A DNA stretch of 64,000 bases from Longimicrobiales bacterium (GTDB taxonomy: Bacteria > Gemmatimonadota > Gemmatimonadetes > Longimicrobiales > Gaopeijiaceae). Shown here piece by piece: positions 8,441 to 17,654 of this stretch. A program made the position numbers and the translations under genes. Location of the stretch: positions 224,001 through 288,000 of the forward strand of contig CBDDCX010000008.1 in assembly GCA_965226375.1 (NCBI GenBank), read 5' to 3'. Position 1 is the first letter of the stretch. Each line of letters starts with the position of its first letter. A model generated the notes under the pieces. It searched no databases. It had not been told where the DNA came from and saw nothing but the letters and a program-made list of their open reading frames with translations.

Positions 8441-9304
8441 GTCTGAATCCGCACTCCGTCACTCCTCCGGACTTTCGAACCCAAGGTATCCGAGTTGGAA
8501 GGGAAGCGGGTGACCGGCCTCCGCAGAATCGGGAAGCGGGTGGTTTGCGAGCTGGAGGACGATCTCTTCGCCGTGATTCATCTCATGATCTCCGGCCGCT
8601 TCCAGTGGAAGGAGCCGGGCGCTCCGATTCCCAAGAAGCGAGCGCACGCTGCCCTGGATTTCCCCAACGGGACGCTACTCCTTACTGAGGCCAGCTCGCA
8701 CAAGCGTGCCTCTCTCCACGTGGTCCGAGGCGAGGAGGCGCTCGCCGCTCTCGATCCGGGTGGGGTCGAGCCCCTCGAGGTGGGACTCGCGGGCTTTCGC
8801 GAGGCCTTACTGAGGGAGAACCGTACGCTCAAACGGGCTCTGACGGACCCACGCATCCTAAGTGGGATCGGGAACGCACACTCAGACGAGATTCTCCTGG
8901 AAGCGGGGCTCTCTCCCGTCAAACGCACGCGCCAGTTGGACGACGAGGAGACCGAGCGCCTATTCGAGGCCATGCGCCGCTCCCTCGCCGAATGGGTGGT
9001 GCGCTTGCGCGAGGAGTTCGGCGAGGACTTTCCGAAGAAGATCACGGCCTTCCACCCGGCTATGGGTGCCCACGGGAAGTTCGGTGAGCCGTGCCCCCGA
9101 TGCGGTGCGCCTATTCAGCGGATCGTGTACGGGGAGCGTGAGACCAATTACTGCGCACCCTGCCAGACAGGCGGAAAGCTCCTCAAGGATCGGGCCTTGT
9201 CGCGCCTGTTGCGAGAGGATTGGCCCAGGACCCTCGAGGAGCTCGAAGAGGGATTGGACTCCCGTGGGAAGAGTCCCTGAACAGAGGAGTGGTGGGCTTG
9301 GGCC

Positions 9305-9970
9305 CTACTCCTCGTCGTTCTCCACCTCGATCTCCACGTCGACGTCTCCGGCCTCCTGCCGTCGGCGGGCCCGCCGACCCCGTCGTGCTTTCTCACGCCT
9401 CGGGTCACGGCGCCGCTTCCGCGCTTCCCGCCGGGTCTCCTTCATGTCGTGAACCGCCTGCTCGAGGATCTCGTTCATCCTGGCCAGGTCCTCAGGCTCC
9501 GCGCCCCATTGGAGCGCCTGGTCGAACGTCAACTGCGCCAGTCGAGAGAACGACTTCGAGAGCTCCTTCATGTCCCGGCCGAAGAAGCGGTCCGTGAAGT
9601 GCTCGACTCGCTCGAAGACATCGTCGATGACGTCCTCGTTCTCGTCGAGATAGGCCTGCCCCTCGTCGGTGATGGAGTAGATCTTCTTGCCGCCCTGCTC
9701 CTCGACGGTGACGTAGCCCTCGTCCTCCAGCAGCTGGAGGGTCGGGTATACCGACCCGGGACTCGGTCGGTAATACCCCGCTGATTCTTTCTCGAGCGCC
9801 TTCATGACTTCGTACCCGTGCATAGGCTGCTCGGACACGAGCCGCAGGATGACGAACTTCAGGTCACCCCGCTCGAAGATCTTCCACTTCGCGTGCCGGC
9901 CGCGGCGGTGGCGCCGCGGACCGAACATGAAGGCGTCGAAGTCGAAATTGAAGTCGGATGCACAAAACAT
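9305..9970 (-). CDS. PadR-family transcriptional regulator
   Basis: FERGDLKFVIL..PMHGYEVMK..PSPGSVYPTLQLLEDEG..KKIYSITDEG. Confidence 0.92.
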   Translation of the reverse strand: MFCASDFNFDFDAFMFGPRRHRRGRHAKWKIFERGDLKFVILRLVSEQPMHGYEVMKALEKESAGYYRPSPGSVYPTLQLLEDEGYVTVEEQGGKKIYSITDEGQAYLDENEDVIDDVFERVEHFTDRFFGRDMKELSKSFSRLAQLTFDQALQWGAEPEDLARMNEILEQAVHDMKETRREARKRRRDPRREKARRGRRARRRQEAGDVDVEIEVENDEE

Positions 9971-10001
9971 CTCCCAAACCTCCACTGAAACTTGAATATC
10001 G

Positions 10002-10058
10002 TACCGATATATCGTAACTGCATGTCATTACGATACACTTACCGATATATCGTGTCAA
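10002..10058 (-). promoter_or_regulatory. Sigma70 promoter (TTGACA-17-TATCGT) with two CGATATATCG palindromic operators
   Basis: -35 at 10058-10053, -10 at 10035-10030; palindromes at 10005-10014 and 10043-10052 within exact 14-bp direct repeats taccgatatatcgt. Confidence 0.8.
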
Positions 10059-10140
10059 CGGGTGCCAAGAAAAACGCCGGAGGGATTTGGCCCTCCGGCG
10101 TCTCTCCCGGCAAGTGGGAGCGGTACTCCCAAGAGCACTG

Positions 10141-11403
10141 TCAGAGGTTCCTGCGACCTCTCGGCTTGGCCTTCCGGCCGGAGGCCTTCGACCCTGACGA
10201 AGAGGAGCCGGATCGGGACGGTGCCGCCGACGCCCCACCGGAGGAGCTGCTTTGCGGTCGAGCAGACGACCCCGAAGAGCTGCTCCGATCACCTTGGGTG
10301 TAGCCACGGCCCCTCACGGCTCTTGCAGACGTCCCTTGGGGTTGGTGCTGGCGACGTCCCACCACCACGACGGTCGGGCGGTAGGTGCCGTAGGCGCCGT
10401 AGCCGAATCCGTAGCCTCCGTAGCCGATGCCATATCCGAATCCGTACCCGTAAGGCGAGTAGTATCCGTACCCGGCATACGGGGAGTAGAAGGGGCTCAA
10501 GAAGAAGGGGTCGTAATAGAGCCCGCTTCCGTAATGCCCTCGCCTCGCCCCGTAGTGGGGCCCTGTCCCCATGCGCTCGGATTCGGCCAGCTCGGTGCCG
10601 TCCTCCATGCGGCGGTTCACAACGAATTGATCGGGATAAGAGACCGCCACCACCATGTCGATGACACTCTCCGGTACTCCGGCGTCCGCCATCGAGATCA
10701 ATTGGACGGCATCCACCCTGAACTGGTCGCCCCGTTCGACGACCCAGGTCTCAACCGCCTTCGCTGACATGTGCGCCGCGGCGTCGACTACGTCTTCAAT
10801 GGTGAGAGGAGACGATGCGGCGACCCGGGCGAACTGTTGGGTCATGATCCGATCCGCGGCGATGCCTTCGAGACCGGCCGCCTCGACCGCCTCTGGGGTG
10901 GCCAACTGGTATCGGAGTACCCACGGGACACTCTCTCCGGCTACATCGACGGTGCGCACGTCCATCCACTCATACGGCGACAGCATCGACATGAGGCCCG
11001 CGGACGTCTGTTCAAGACCACCCTCGCACACGAACTCGGCACGGAGGTAGAGTCGGTAGCCGATGTCGGAGAAGGTCGTCCGCTCCCAACCCTCACACCC
11101 CTCCCGACTGGTCTGTCGGTTCATCCCGTCAGCGTGGATCACCTGCTGAGACACGATCTCGCCGTCGACCACACTCAGCATCTCAACGCCCTCTCCACCC
11201 GCAGCGGAGCGCAAACACAGCATGGGCGCATCACGGTCATCCGTCCCCGTCATGGGCTCCCAGCACCCGAACCAAGGAAGCCATCGGGCGTCGTAGTCTA
11301 CATCCTGGGTCGCTGCCGGCTGTGCGACCGCCATGACCAGTACACTGGTCAGGAGCCCTCTGGTGATCACCGTCCAAACGTCTCGATGCGCGTTAATCAT
11401 CAC
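10141..11403 (-). CDS. Secreted hypothetical protein with Tyr/Gly-rich and Ser-rich C-terminal tail
   Basis: Signal peptide, four Cys in the N-domain, low-complexity YG and S tracts; GGAGAGG RBS. Confidence 0.8.
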   Translation of the reverse strand: MMINAHRDVWTVITRGLLTSVLVMAVAQPAATQDVDYDARWLPWFGCWEPMTGTDDRDAPMLCLRSAAGGEGVEMLSVVDGEIVSQQVIHADGMNRQTSREGCEGWERTTFSDIGYRLYLRAEFVCEGGLEQTSAGLMSMLSPYEWMDVRTVDVAGESVPWVLRYQLATPEAVEAAGLEGIAADRIMTQQFARVAASSPLTIEDVVDAAAHMSAKAVETWVVERGDQFRVDAVQLISMADAGVPESVIDMVVAVSYPDQFVVNRRMEDGTELAESERMGTGPHYGARRGHYGSGLYYDPFFLSPFYSPYAGYGYYSPYGYGFGYGIGYGGYGFGYGAYGTYRPTVVVVGRRQHQPQGTSARAVRGRGYTQGDRSSSSGSSARPQSSSSGGASAAPSRSGSSSSGSKASGRKAKPRGRRNL

Positions 11404-11417
11404 CTGTCCCTCTCCGC

Positions 11418-12179
11418 CTAGAAGCGAAACGACAATCCGATAGTAGCCTGGAAGCCACCGAGATCGATACCGTCGAAGTCTATGAAATCGCTATCCATGT
11501 CCATCTTTCCCCAGGAATACCGCCCTTCTCCGGTCATCACCACTTTGGTACTCAGCGAGACGTCCAAACCGGCGAACACGTGCGCCGTACCGGTGGTACC
11601 CTCGGACGAGAGAACGGCACCGAAGACGTCGAGGGTCTCGAAATCTACGAAGTCGCCCTTCTGCTCGAACTCGTACCAGATCGCGCCGCCTCCGGCTCCC
11701 ACGTAGGGAGACCAACGCTCCGGCACCCAAACGAACTGGCTCACCGAACGGCCTCGATCCCGTATGTAGAACTTGGCGCTCAGCGTCATGGGGACCCGTG
11801 TGAACTTTGTGGTCTGTTCAATGGGCAAGTCGTCGAGGTCTACCCAGTCACGGAATTCGGACCGTTGGTCGGTATGGGTCACACCAACTTCGGCACTGAC
11901 GTCGAGACGCTCGGTCGCCCGCACTGCGAATTCTGCTCCCCATGCGGAGGAAGCGAAATCGTTCGTGTCGAGTGTGAGTTGCTCGCGGGCGAAATCGAAG
12001 ATCTCACTCCTGGCTTGAGCAACCGCGTACCCGCCTTTGATGCCGAAGGAGTAGGCGGGCCTCCGGAAGAGGAACCCGGGACCGCCCGACTGTGCCGAGG
12101 CAGCCACCGGCACCGCAAGCGCGGCGGCGAGCGCTGCCAGGTAAACCCTCCGCCGAAGTCGAATGCGGTGAGTGTTCAC
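11418..12179 (-). CDS. Outer-membrane beta-barrel protein
   Basis: Signal peptide, SPYVGAGGG strand, terminal IGLSFRF; GGAGG RBS before GTG 12179. Confidence 0.85.
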   Translation of the reverse strand: MNTHRIRLRRRVYLAALAAALAVPVAASAQSGGPGFLFRRPAYSFGIKGGYAVAQARSEIFDFAREQLTLDTNDFASSAWGAEFAVRATERLDVSAEVGVTHTDQRSEFRDWVDLDDLPIEQTTKFTRVPMTLSAKFYIRDRGRSVSQFVWVPERWSPYVGAGGGAIWYEFEQKGDFVDFETLDVFGAVLSSEGTTGTAHVFAGLDVSLSTKVVMTGEGRYSWGKMDMDSDFIDFDGIDLGGFQATIGLSFRF

Positions 12180-12280
12180 GTTGTACCTCCAGGCTATGAC
12201 CCGACGTTTGACATTACCTCCGAGTACGTTCCCCGACCAGGGTAATGCGTCTTGAGCACTGTCCCACTGCAGCCTCGTCG

Positions 12281-12297
12281 GGCAAGATGCATGCCGA
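12281..12297 (-). promoter_or_regulatory. Candidate sigma54 (-24/-12) promoter
   Basis: TCGGCATGCATCTTGCC on the minus strand fits GG-N10-GC and the TGGCAC-N5-TTGC consensus, about 100 bp upstream of the barrel gene. Confidence 0.55.
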
Positions 12298-12479
12298 CCG
12301 TTGAAACCCGGGAATACGGTGTGTTTCTTGGCTCGAGGGCTCGTTCGTGTGACCTGTGGGCGGGACAGTGGTGTCACCCGGTGCGGACGGCCCAGGGCCG
12401 TCTCTCTGGCCGGGACGGGGGCGGGAGCCCATCCTATCCGGTATTCCACGTACTCGCTTCTTCTTGCCGGATGGATCGT

Positions 12480-14894
12480 ATGTCTTCCCGACGCCGCACC
12501 TTGTCGTTGCTCACGTGTCTGCTGCTGGCAGGCTCCACCGCACTCCTTGCTCAGGATCGCTACGCCAGCTCGGTAGGGGTCGTGGGTGGCGACGTGCTCG
12601 TCATGAAGGCCCGGTTCGGTCAGGGGCCGGCTTCGCTCTACGTATACCGACCTGCGGGGGACGGCACGTGGGAGTTGACGGACCGGTTGAGCTCCGCCGC
12701 CGGAGCCTCTACGGGTGAGGGCTTCAGCCCCTCCATGACCGTCTCCGGCGATCTGCTCCTGGTAGGGGCCGGCGATGCGGAAGGACGCTGGGGCGCCCAT
12801 GCTTTCCGGCGGGGCGCTCAAGCGGATTGGGGAAGGGCAGAGAGTGTCGGCCTGATCGAAGGTGAACCGGTAGCGGGCGAGTGGAATGTCGCCGCCCTTT
12901 TCCAGATCATGCAGCCGCCTGCCCGAGCCGTCGCTTCGGACGGGAATCGGGCCCTCGTCGCGGTCGTGGGTGGCCCTAGGCGTGGGGCCGGGGTGCGTGT
13001 CTTCGAGCGGGACGACGGATCCGAGAGTTGGGTCCAGCGGGCCCGGTTCGAGCGTACCGAGATCGAGGCGAACGATCGCTTCGGTGCGGCTCTCGCACTC
13101 TCTGGCGATGTTGCGATCATCGGTGCGCCCGAGCACGGTGACGCGGGCGCCGTCTATACGTTTGTGCGAGATTCGCGGTCCGGCGAGTGGATGCAGGAGT
13201 TGATTCTCGCGGCAACGGATGTGGCGCCGGAGAGCCGATTCGGAACCACCGTGGCCTTCGATGGGAATGTGGCGTTGGTAGGAATTCCCGGCACCGCCGA
13301 GACCCGTGGCAGCGTGCGCGTCTATTCCCGGGATCCGGGGACCGGCGCTTGGACTGAAGAGCGGAGTCCGTCGTCATCCGACGGATCGGCCGGAGACGGG
13401 TTCGGGACCAGCCTGGCGCTGGGAGAGAACGAGCTGCTGATCGGGGCGCCCGGAGGCCGCGAAGGCACGGGAAGCATAAGTCGCTTCGTTCGCGATTCGA
13501 GCGGAGGGGCTTGGCGGTCGGCGGGCGAGCTCCCGGCTGCGGGTGCGGCGCCCGGGTTTGCTCTGGGAGCGGCGGTGGCCTTGGGCGAGGACGTGGCGGT
13601 TGCCGGCGCACCGGGTGCCGCCTTTGGGAGAGGAGAGGCGGCGGTGTATACCAGAACGTCCGACGGCGGCTGGAGCCAGGCCGAGTGGCTCAGCCTCACG
13701 TCGGATCTGAAGTTGATCGCCGGTGAGGAAGTGCCCTGCTCCGACGGGAGGGCCGAGCGCTTCGAATGCAGCAACGTGGATCTTCTCGCGTTCATGCCGA
13801 TCGAGGAGCTGGGGTTACGTCCCGGTGCCGGAGGCCCACTCGGTGGCGTCTCCGACGTATGGGGCTGGACCGACCCGGAGACCCGGCGTGAGTACGCGTT
13901 GGTGGGGCGCCGTGGTGGCGCCGGAATCGTCGATATCACGAATCCCAGCTCTCCCACCTATCTCGGGCTGGTGTTGGCCGAGGGGGGCTCAGCGCAGGAC
14001 ATCAAGGTATACGCCGACCACGCCTTCTTCATCGGAAGCGGAAATACCGGTATGGGGGTGTTCGACCTGAGCAGGGTCCGTGATGTGACCAATCCTCCTG
14101 TCACCTGGGACATCGACGCCCGCTACGACGGAATCGCAGCTGCCCACAACCTCGTGATCGATACGCAGAGTGGCTTTGCCTATCCCGTGGGAGCCTCTGG
14201 AGGTGGTGACACCTGTGGCGGCGGCCTTCACATGATCGATATCCGGGCTCCGTTGAATCCGACCTTTGTCGGGTGCTACACCGATACCGAGGGGCTCATC
14301 TGGCAGGGCCGCACCCACGATGCCCAGTGCGTCGAGTACAGCGGGCCCGACGAAGATTTCCATGGGCGCCAGGTCTGCTTTGCCTCCAACGAGACGGCCC
14401 TTCGCATCGTGGACGTCACCGATAAGGATGCGCCGATACCTCTCGCCGCGGCGACCTACCCGGGCATGGCGTACATCCATCAGGGCTGGCTGACGGATGA
14501 CCAGCGCTACTACTACATGAACGACGAGTTGGACGAGCTCACCGGATTGGCGCCCACCACCCGAACGCTGGTGTGGGACGTGGCTGAGCTGGACGACCCC
14601 GTTCTGGTGAACGAGTACTTCGGTCCGACCAGAGCCACCGATCACAACCTGTACGTCAAGGGCGATCGCATGTACCAGGCCAACTATCAGGCCGGGTTCA
14701 GGGTCGTGGACATCAGTGATCCCGAAAATCCCGAGGAAATCGGCTTCTTCGACACGACGCCGTACGAGGGTAATCCACCCACCATGGGCGGGGCGTTCAG
14801 TGCGTACCCCTTCTTCGAGAGTGGAACGGTGATCGTGACCAGTTCCCAGGAGGGGCTCTTCATTCTCCGTCCGGCCAGGAGGCCCGTGTTCTAG
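12480..14894 (+). CDS. Choice-of-anchor B family secreted protein with FG-GAP repeats
   Basis: Repeated DRFGAALALSGD..IGAP units; DVWGWTDPET.REYALVG, YIHQGWLTDD, DHNLYV, AYPFFESG. Confidence 0.88.
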   Translation: MSSRRRTLSLLTCLLLAGSTALLAQDRYASSVGVVGGDVLVMKARFGQGPASLYVYRPAGDGTWELTDRLSSAAGASTGEGFSPSMTVSGDLLLVGAGDAEGRWGAHAFRRGAQADWGRAESVGLIEGEPVAGEWNVAALFQIMQPPARAVASDGNRALVAVVGGPRRGAGVRVFERDDGSESWVQRARFERTEIEANDRFGAALALSGDVAIIGAPEHGDAGAVYTFVRDSRSGEWMQELILAATDVAPESRFGTTVAFDGNVALVGIPGTAETRGSVRVYSRDPGTGAWTEERSPSSSDGSAGDGFGTSLALGENELLIGAPGGREGTGSISRFVRDSSGGAWRSAGELPAAGAAPGFALGAAVALGEDVAVAGAPGAAFGRGEAAVYTRTSDGGWSQAEWLSLTSDLKLIAGEEVPCSDGRAERFECSNVDLLAFMPIEELGLRPGAGGPLGGVSDVWGWTDPETRREYALVGRRGGAGIVDITNPSSPTYLGLVLAEGGSAQDIKVYADHAFFIGSGNTGMGVFDLSRVRDVTNPPVTWDIDARYDGIAAAHNLVIDTQSGFAYPVGASGGGDTCGGGLHMIDIRAPLNPTFVGCYTDTEGLIWQGRTHDAQCVEYSGPDEDFHGRQVCFASNETALRIVDVTDKDAPIPLAAATYPGMAYIHQGWLTDDQRYYYMNDELDELTGLAPTTRTLVWDVAELDDPVLVNEYFGPTRATDHNLYVKGDRMYQANYQAGFRVVDISDPENPEEIGFFDTTPYEGNPPTMGGAFSAYPFFESGTVIVTSSQEGLFILRPARRPVF

Positions 14895-15062
14895 TGACAG
14901 GACAGTAGGACTGGACGGAAAAAGGCGGAGATACGCGATCACTCGGGGCCGGGGTCTTGGGAACCGGGCTTTTCGATTTTATCTTCGTGGATTCATCTGA
15001 CGGCAAGTGTCCGGGACGACTCGCGACGGTCGTCAATGTGTACACTCGAGTAGGGGATTGGA

Positions 15063-15440
15063 ATGAAGCGGATATCCTTGACGTTTGCCGGGCTCGCGAT
15101 CGCCCTTATTGCTGCTCCGAGCCTACAGGCGCAGATGCCTGACGGCGTTACCGATGCGATGGTGGCAGAGGGACAGACGGTCTTCATGGGTGCGGGATTG
15201 TGCGCCGCGTGCCATGGAATGGACGGAAGCGGAGCGATCGGTCCGAATCTCACCGATGGCGAGTGGCTGATCGGCGACGGGACGTATCAAGCGCTCGTCG
15301 ATCAAATCACCCAGGGGGTCTCCGCGGCGGAGGCCACGAACGCCATGGGTGCCATCATGCCGCCAAAGGGTGGCTCGGCCATCACCGATGACCAGGTGAA
15401 GGCAGTCGCCGCATACGTCTGGACGCTGAGTAACGGTTGA
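15063..15440 (+). CDS. Periplasmic class I c-type cytochrome
   Basis: Signal peptide, CAACH haem motif, IGPNLTD, distal MPP. Confidence 0.92.
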   Translation: MKRISLTFAGLAIALIAAPSLQAQMPDGVTDAMVAEGQTVFMGAGLCAACHGMDGSGAIGPNLTDGEWLIGDGTYQALVDQITQGVSAAEATNAMGAIMPPKGGSAITDDQVKAVAAYVWTLSNG

Positions 15441-15463
15441 CCGACGGGCAAGACTGAGGTGGG

Positions 15464-15501
15464 AGGGCCCGCCGGACTTCGTGTCCGGCGGGCCCTTCGT
15501 T
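15464..15501 (+). terminator. Intrinsic terminator-like hairpin
   Basis: Perfect 14-bp stem 15464-15477/15483-15496 with a weak T tract. Confidence 0.7.
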
Positions 15502-15542
15502 CTTCGAGACCGCAGTATACAGTCGGTGCCCGGCCAGTGAGG

Positions 15543-15559
15543 ACTTTGTTGGACAGAGT
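15543..15559. promoter_or_regulatory. Candidate operator ACTTTG-N5-CAGAGT
   Basis: Inverted repeat with one mismatch upstream of a membrane protein-wHTH regulator operon. Confidence 0.4.
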
Positions 15560-15596
15560 ACTTGTCGACACCGGGCCTCTGGCCTAGCATTCTGAC

Positions 15597-16253
15597 ATGT
15601 TCTCGACAGGCCGCCTTCAAGACACCGATTCGTCCGCCGGATCCGGTCCCCCGTCCGACACCGATCGTGGTGTGGCTCCGGTCCAGCTTCATACGCGGGC
15701 CATGGACAACCTCGAGTACATCCGCGACACGATGGAGAGCTCGGGGCAGTTCACCGCCCTGTCGGGTCTGGGATCGATCTTGCTGGGCATAGTGGGCTTT
15801 GCCGCAGCGCCTATCGCCTCGGCTCAGCCTACCCATGAAGGGTGGCTACTCACCTGGCTCTTGGCTGCCGCAGTAGCGGTCCCGTTGGGTGGATCCGCGG
15901 TGCTGCGGAAGACCAAGCTGGCCGGAGTACCGCTGTTGAGCGGGCATGGGCGCAGGTTCGTGCTGGGTCTTGTCCCGGCATTGGTGACGGGAGCCCTCGT
16001 CACCCTGGCTCTCTTCCGTGCCGGGCTCTTTGACCTGATGCCCGGTTGTTGGCTGCTCATGTACGGGGCGGGCGTGGTTACGGCCGGCACGTTCTCGGTG
16101 CGCATCATTCCCCTCATGGGCGTCTCGTTCATGTTGCTCGGGGCCGGTGCGCTCTTTGCTTCGGCCGTCTGGGGGAATGGCTTCATGGCGGTCGGGTTCG
16201 GCGGGATTCATGTCTTGTTCGGGATTCTCATCGCCAGGAGGTACGGTGGCTAA
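15597..16253 (+). CDS. Six-TM hypothetical membrane protein
   Basis: AMDNLEYIRDTME N-motif, WLLMYGAGV, GFGGIHVLFG; coupled to the downstream wHTH gene. Confidence 0.82.
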   Translation: MFSTGRLQDTDSSAGSGPPSDTDRGVAPVQLHTRAMDNLEYIRDTMESSGQFTALSGLGSILLGIVGFAAAPIASAQPTHEGWLLTWLLAAAVAVPLGGSAVLRKTKLAGVPLLSGHGRRFVLGLVPALVTGALVTLALFRAGLFDLMPGCWLLMYGAGVVTAGTFSVRIIPLMGVSFMLLGAGALFASAVWGNGFMAVGFGGIHVLFGILIARRYGG

Positions 16254-16644
16254 ACCCAAACGGCGGCCGGAGAGGGAGGGGGCCGCGGAGCCTATCCTGA
16301 TGAGCGTTTCGGGTGGGAGTATGGGAAATCCTCTGGCCCTGGATCGGGTCATTCACGAGCGCCTTCGCCTGGGAATCGTCAGTGCGTTGGCCGTGAACGC
16401 TACCTTGACCTTCAAAGAGCTCAAGGAGGCCATGGGAGCGACCGACGGGAATCTGAGCGCGCACGCCAGGAAGCTCGAGGAGGCCGGTTATATGGCTTGT
16501 ACCAAGTCATTTGTGGGCCGCGTCCCACGCACCGAGTATTCGCTTACGGATCTCGGGCGCGATCGCTTTGAAGAATATCTCGCTCACCTTGAAGCGCTCA
16601 TCCAAGCGGCGAAGGGCCCTCCTGTTTCTGATTCGGGACCGTAG
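16246..16644 (+). CDS. Winged-helix (HTH_34, MarR/ArsR-like) transcriptional regulator
   Basis: LDRVIHERLRLGIVSAL..TDGNLSAHARKLEEAGY..PRTEYSLT; AGGAGG RBS before GTG 16246. Confidence 0.9.
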   Translation: MAKPKRRPEREGAAEPILMSVSGGSMGNPLALDRVIHERLRLGIVSALAVNATLTFKELKEAMGATDGNLSAHARKLEEAGYMACTKSFVGRVPRTEYSLTDLGRDRFEEYLAHLEALIQAAKGPPVSDSGP

Positions 16645-16743
16645 CCTTCCAACCTGCCGGCCACACCGGCCGTCCAATTCTGTGTCACGGTGGACCGGTC
16701 TACGGCCCACCCTGGAGTTCACTGGACGGGAACGAGGTCGGGT

Positions 16744-17556
16744 ATGAGGTACAAGATTGCTGTTACGGTCGGGGCATGGCTCGTGGGTGGCATTCTGGTC
16801 TCCCCCACTTCGGCGACCGCTCAGAGAGGTGGGGATCGCTGTGAGTTCCAAACCGAGCTTGCCGTCGACGTGTCTGCCTCCGAGGCAGAGCGCCTGACGG
16901 TTTCGGCCGGATCGGGCTCGCTCGTCGTGGAGGGCCGATCGGGTGCCTCGGCGGTACGTGCAACCGCGATTGCGTGTGCCTCTGAAGAGTGGATGCTCGA
17001 CGAGATGGAGGTCGTGCTGGAACGACGCGGATCGACGGTGAGTCTGGAGACGCTCTACCCTGACCGCTCGTGGCGCCGTGATGGATATGCCCGGATCGAT
17101 CTCCACGTAGTCGTGCCCATGGGAATGGACGCCGAGATCGATGATGGAAGTGGGTCCGCGACTTTGAGTGGCCTCGGGAATCTTTCCGTCGATGACGGCT
17201 CGGGCGAGCTCTATGTGGAAGACATCAGGGGCGACGTGGATGTGGAGGACGGATCGGGGGGACTCGAAATCAGGGATGTGCAAGGAGACGTGTTCGTCGA
17301 GGACGGGTCGGGCTCTATGGAGGTGGTCGGCGTCACGGGCTCCGTGACGGTTGAGGACGGATCCGGCTCTATGGACATCCGTGACGTGGGCAGGGACGTG
17401 ATGGCATACGATATCGGTTCGGGAATGCTCCGAGTTTCCGATGTCGAAGGCGACTTCACCGTCCAGGACGGTCGTCACGAGAGGATCCGGTACTCGGCTG
17501 TGGGAGGAGTGGTCGACATTCCCGCTCCGCGAAGACGGCGCGGGGGGCGACGTTAG
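16744..17556 (+). CDS. DUF4097-like beta-strand repeat (putative adhesin) protein
   Basis: Signal peptide; tandem ~19-aa V.V(E/D)DGSG repeats. Confidence 0.8.
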   Translation: MRYKIAVTVGAWLVGGILVSPTSATAQRGGDRCEFQTELAVDVSASEAERLTVSAGSGSLVVEGRSGASAVRATAIACASEEWMLDEMEVVLERRGSTVSLETLYPDRSWRRDGYARIDLHVVVPMGMDAEIDDGSGSATLSGLGNLSVDDGSGELYVEDIRGDVDVEDGSGGLEIRDVQGDVFVEDGSGSMEVVGVTGSVTVEDGSGSMDIRDVGRDVMAYDIGSGMLRVSDVEGDFTVQDGRHERIRYSAVGGVVDIPAPRRRRGGRR

Positions 17557-17582
17557 CCGCTAGCCGGCCGCGACAGTGGAGG

Positions 17583-17610
17583 AGCCCGGTCCGGAAGGAC
17601 CGGGCTTTTT
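17583..17610 (+). terminator. Rho-independent terminator
   Basis: 10-bp stem agcccggtcc/ggaccgggct, GGAA loop, T tract. Confidence 0.85.
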
Positions 17611-17654
17611 CATGCCCGTTGCGGGACGGGGAGTCATCGCCGATCCTCTCCGCC

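Larger units (their letters stand above)
6999..9280 (+). pseudogene. Fpg/Nei-family DNA glycosylase interrupted by IS481 (5' part 6999-7079, 3' part 8441-9280)
   Basis: MPEFPE catalytic N-terminus at 6999; the continuation IRTPSLLRTFEP..RIGKR..HLMISGR..GIGNAHSDEIL..CPRC..CAPCQ resumes after the IS. Confidence 0.92.

Noticed and set aside
8444..8446. Selenocysteine read-through of the TGA in the Fpg-like gene
   Set aside because: The position is not a Cys site in this family, and the gene is split by an IS.
12193..12220. Six-codon upstream ORF (MSNVGS) before the barrel gene
   Set aside because: The RBS-to-ATG spacing is too short and there is no other support.
12180..13136. Long N-terminal extension of the beta-barrel ORF, and the many long antisense ORFs in the track
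   Set aside because: Shadow ORFs typical of high-GC DNA, overlapping well-supported genes on the other strand.
17130..17470. Regularly spaced nucleotide repeats resembling a CRISPR or tandem array
   Set aside because: They are degenerate coding repeats (V.VEDGSG) of the DUF4097-like protein; no cas genes are present.
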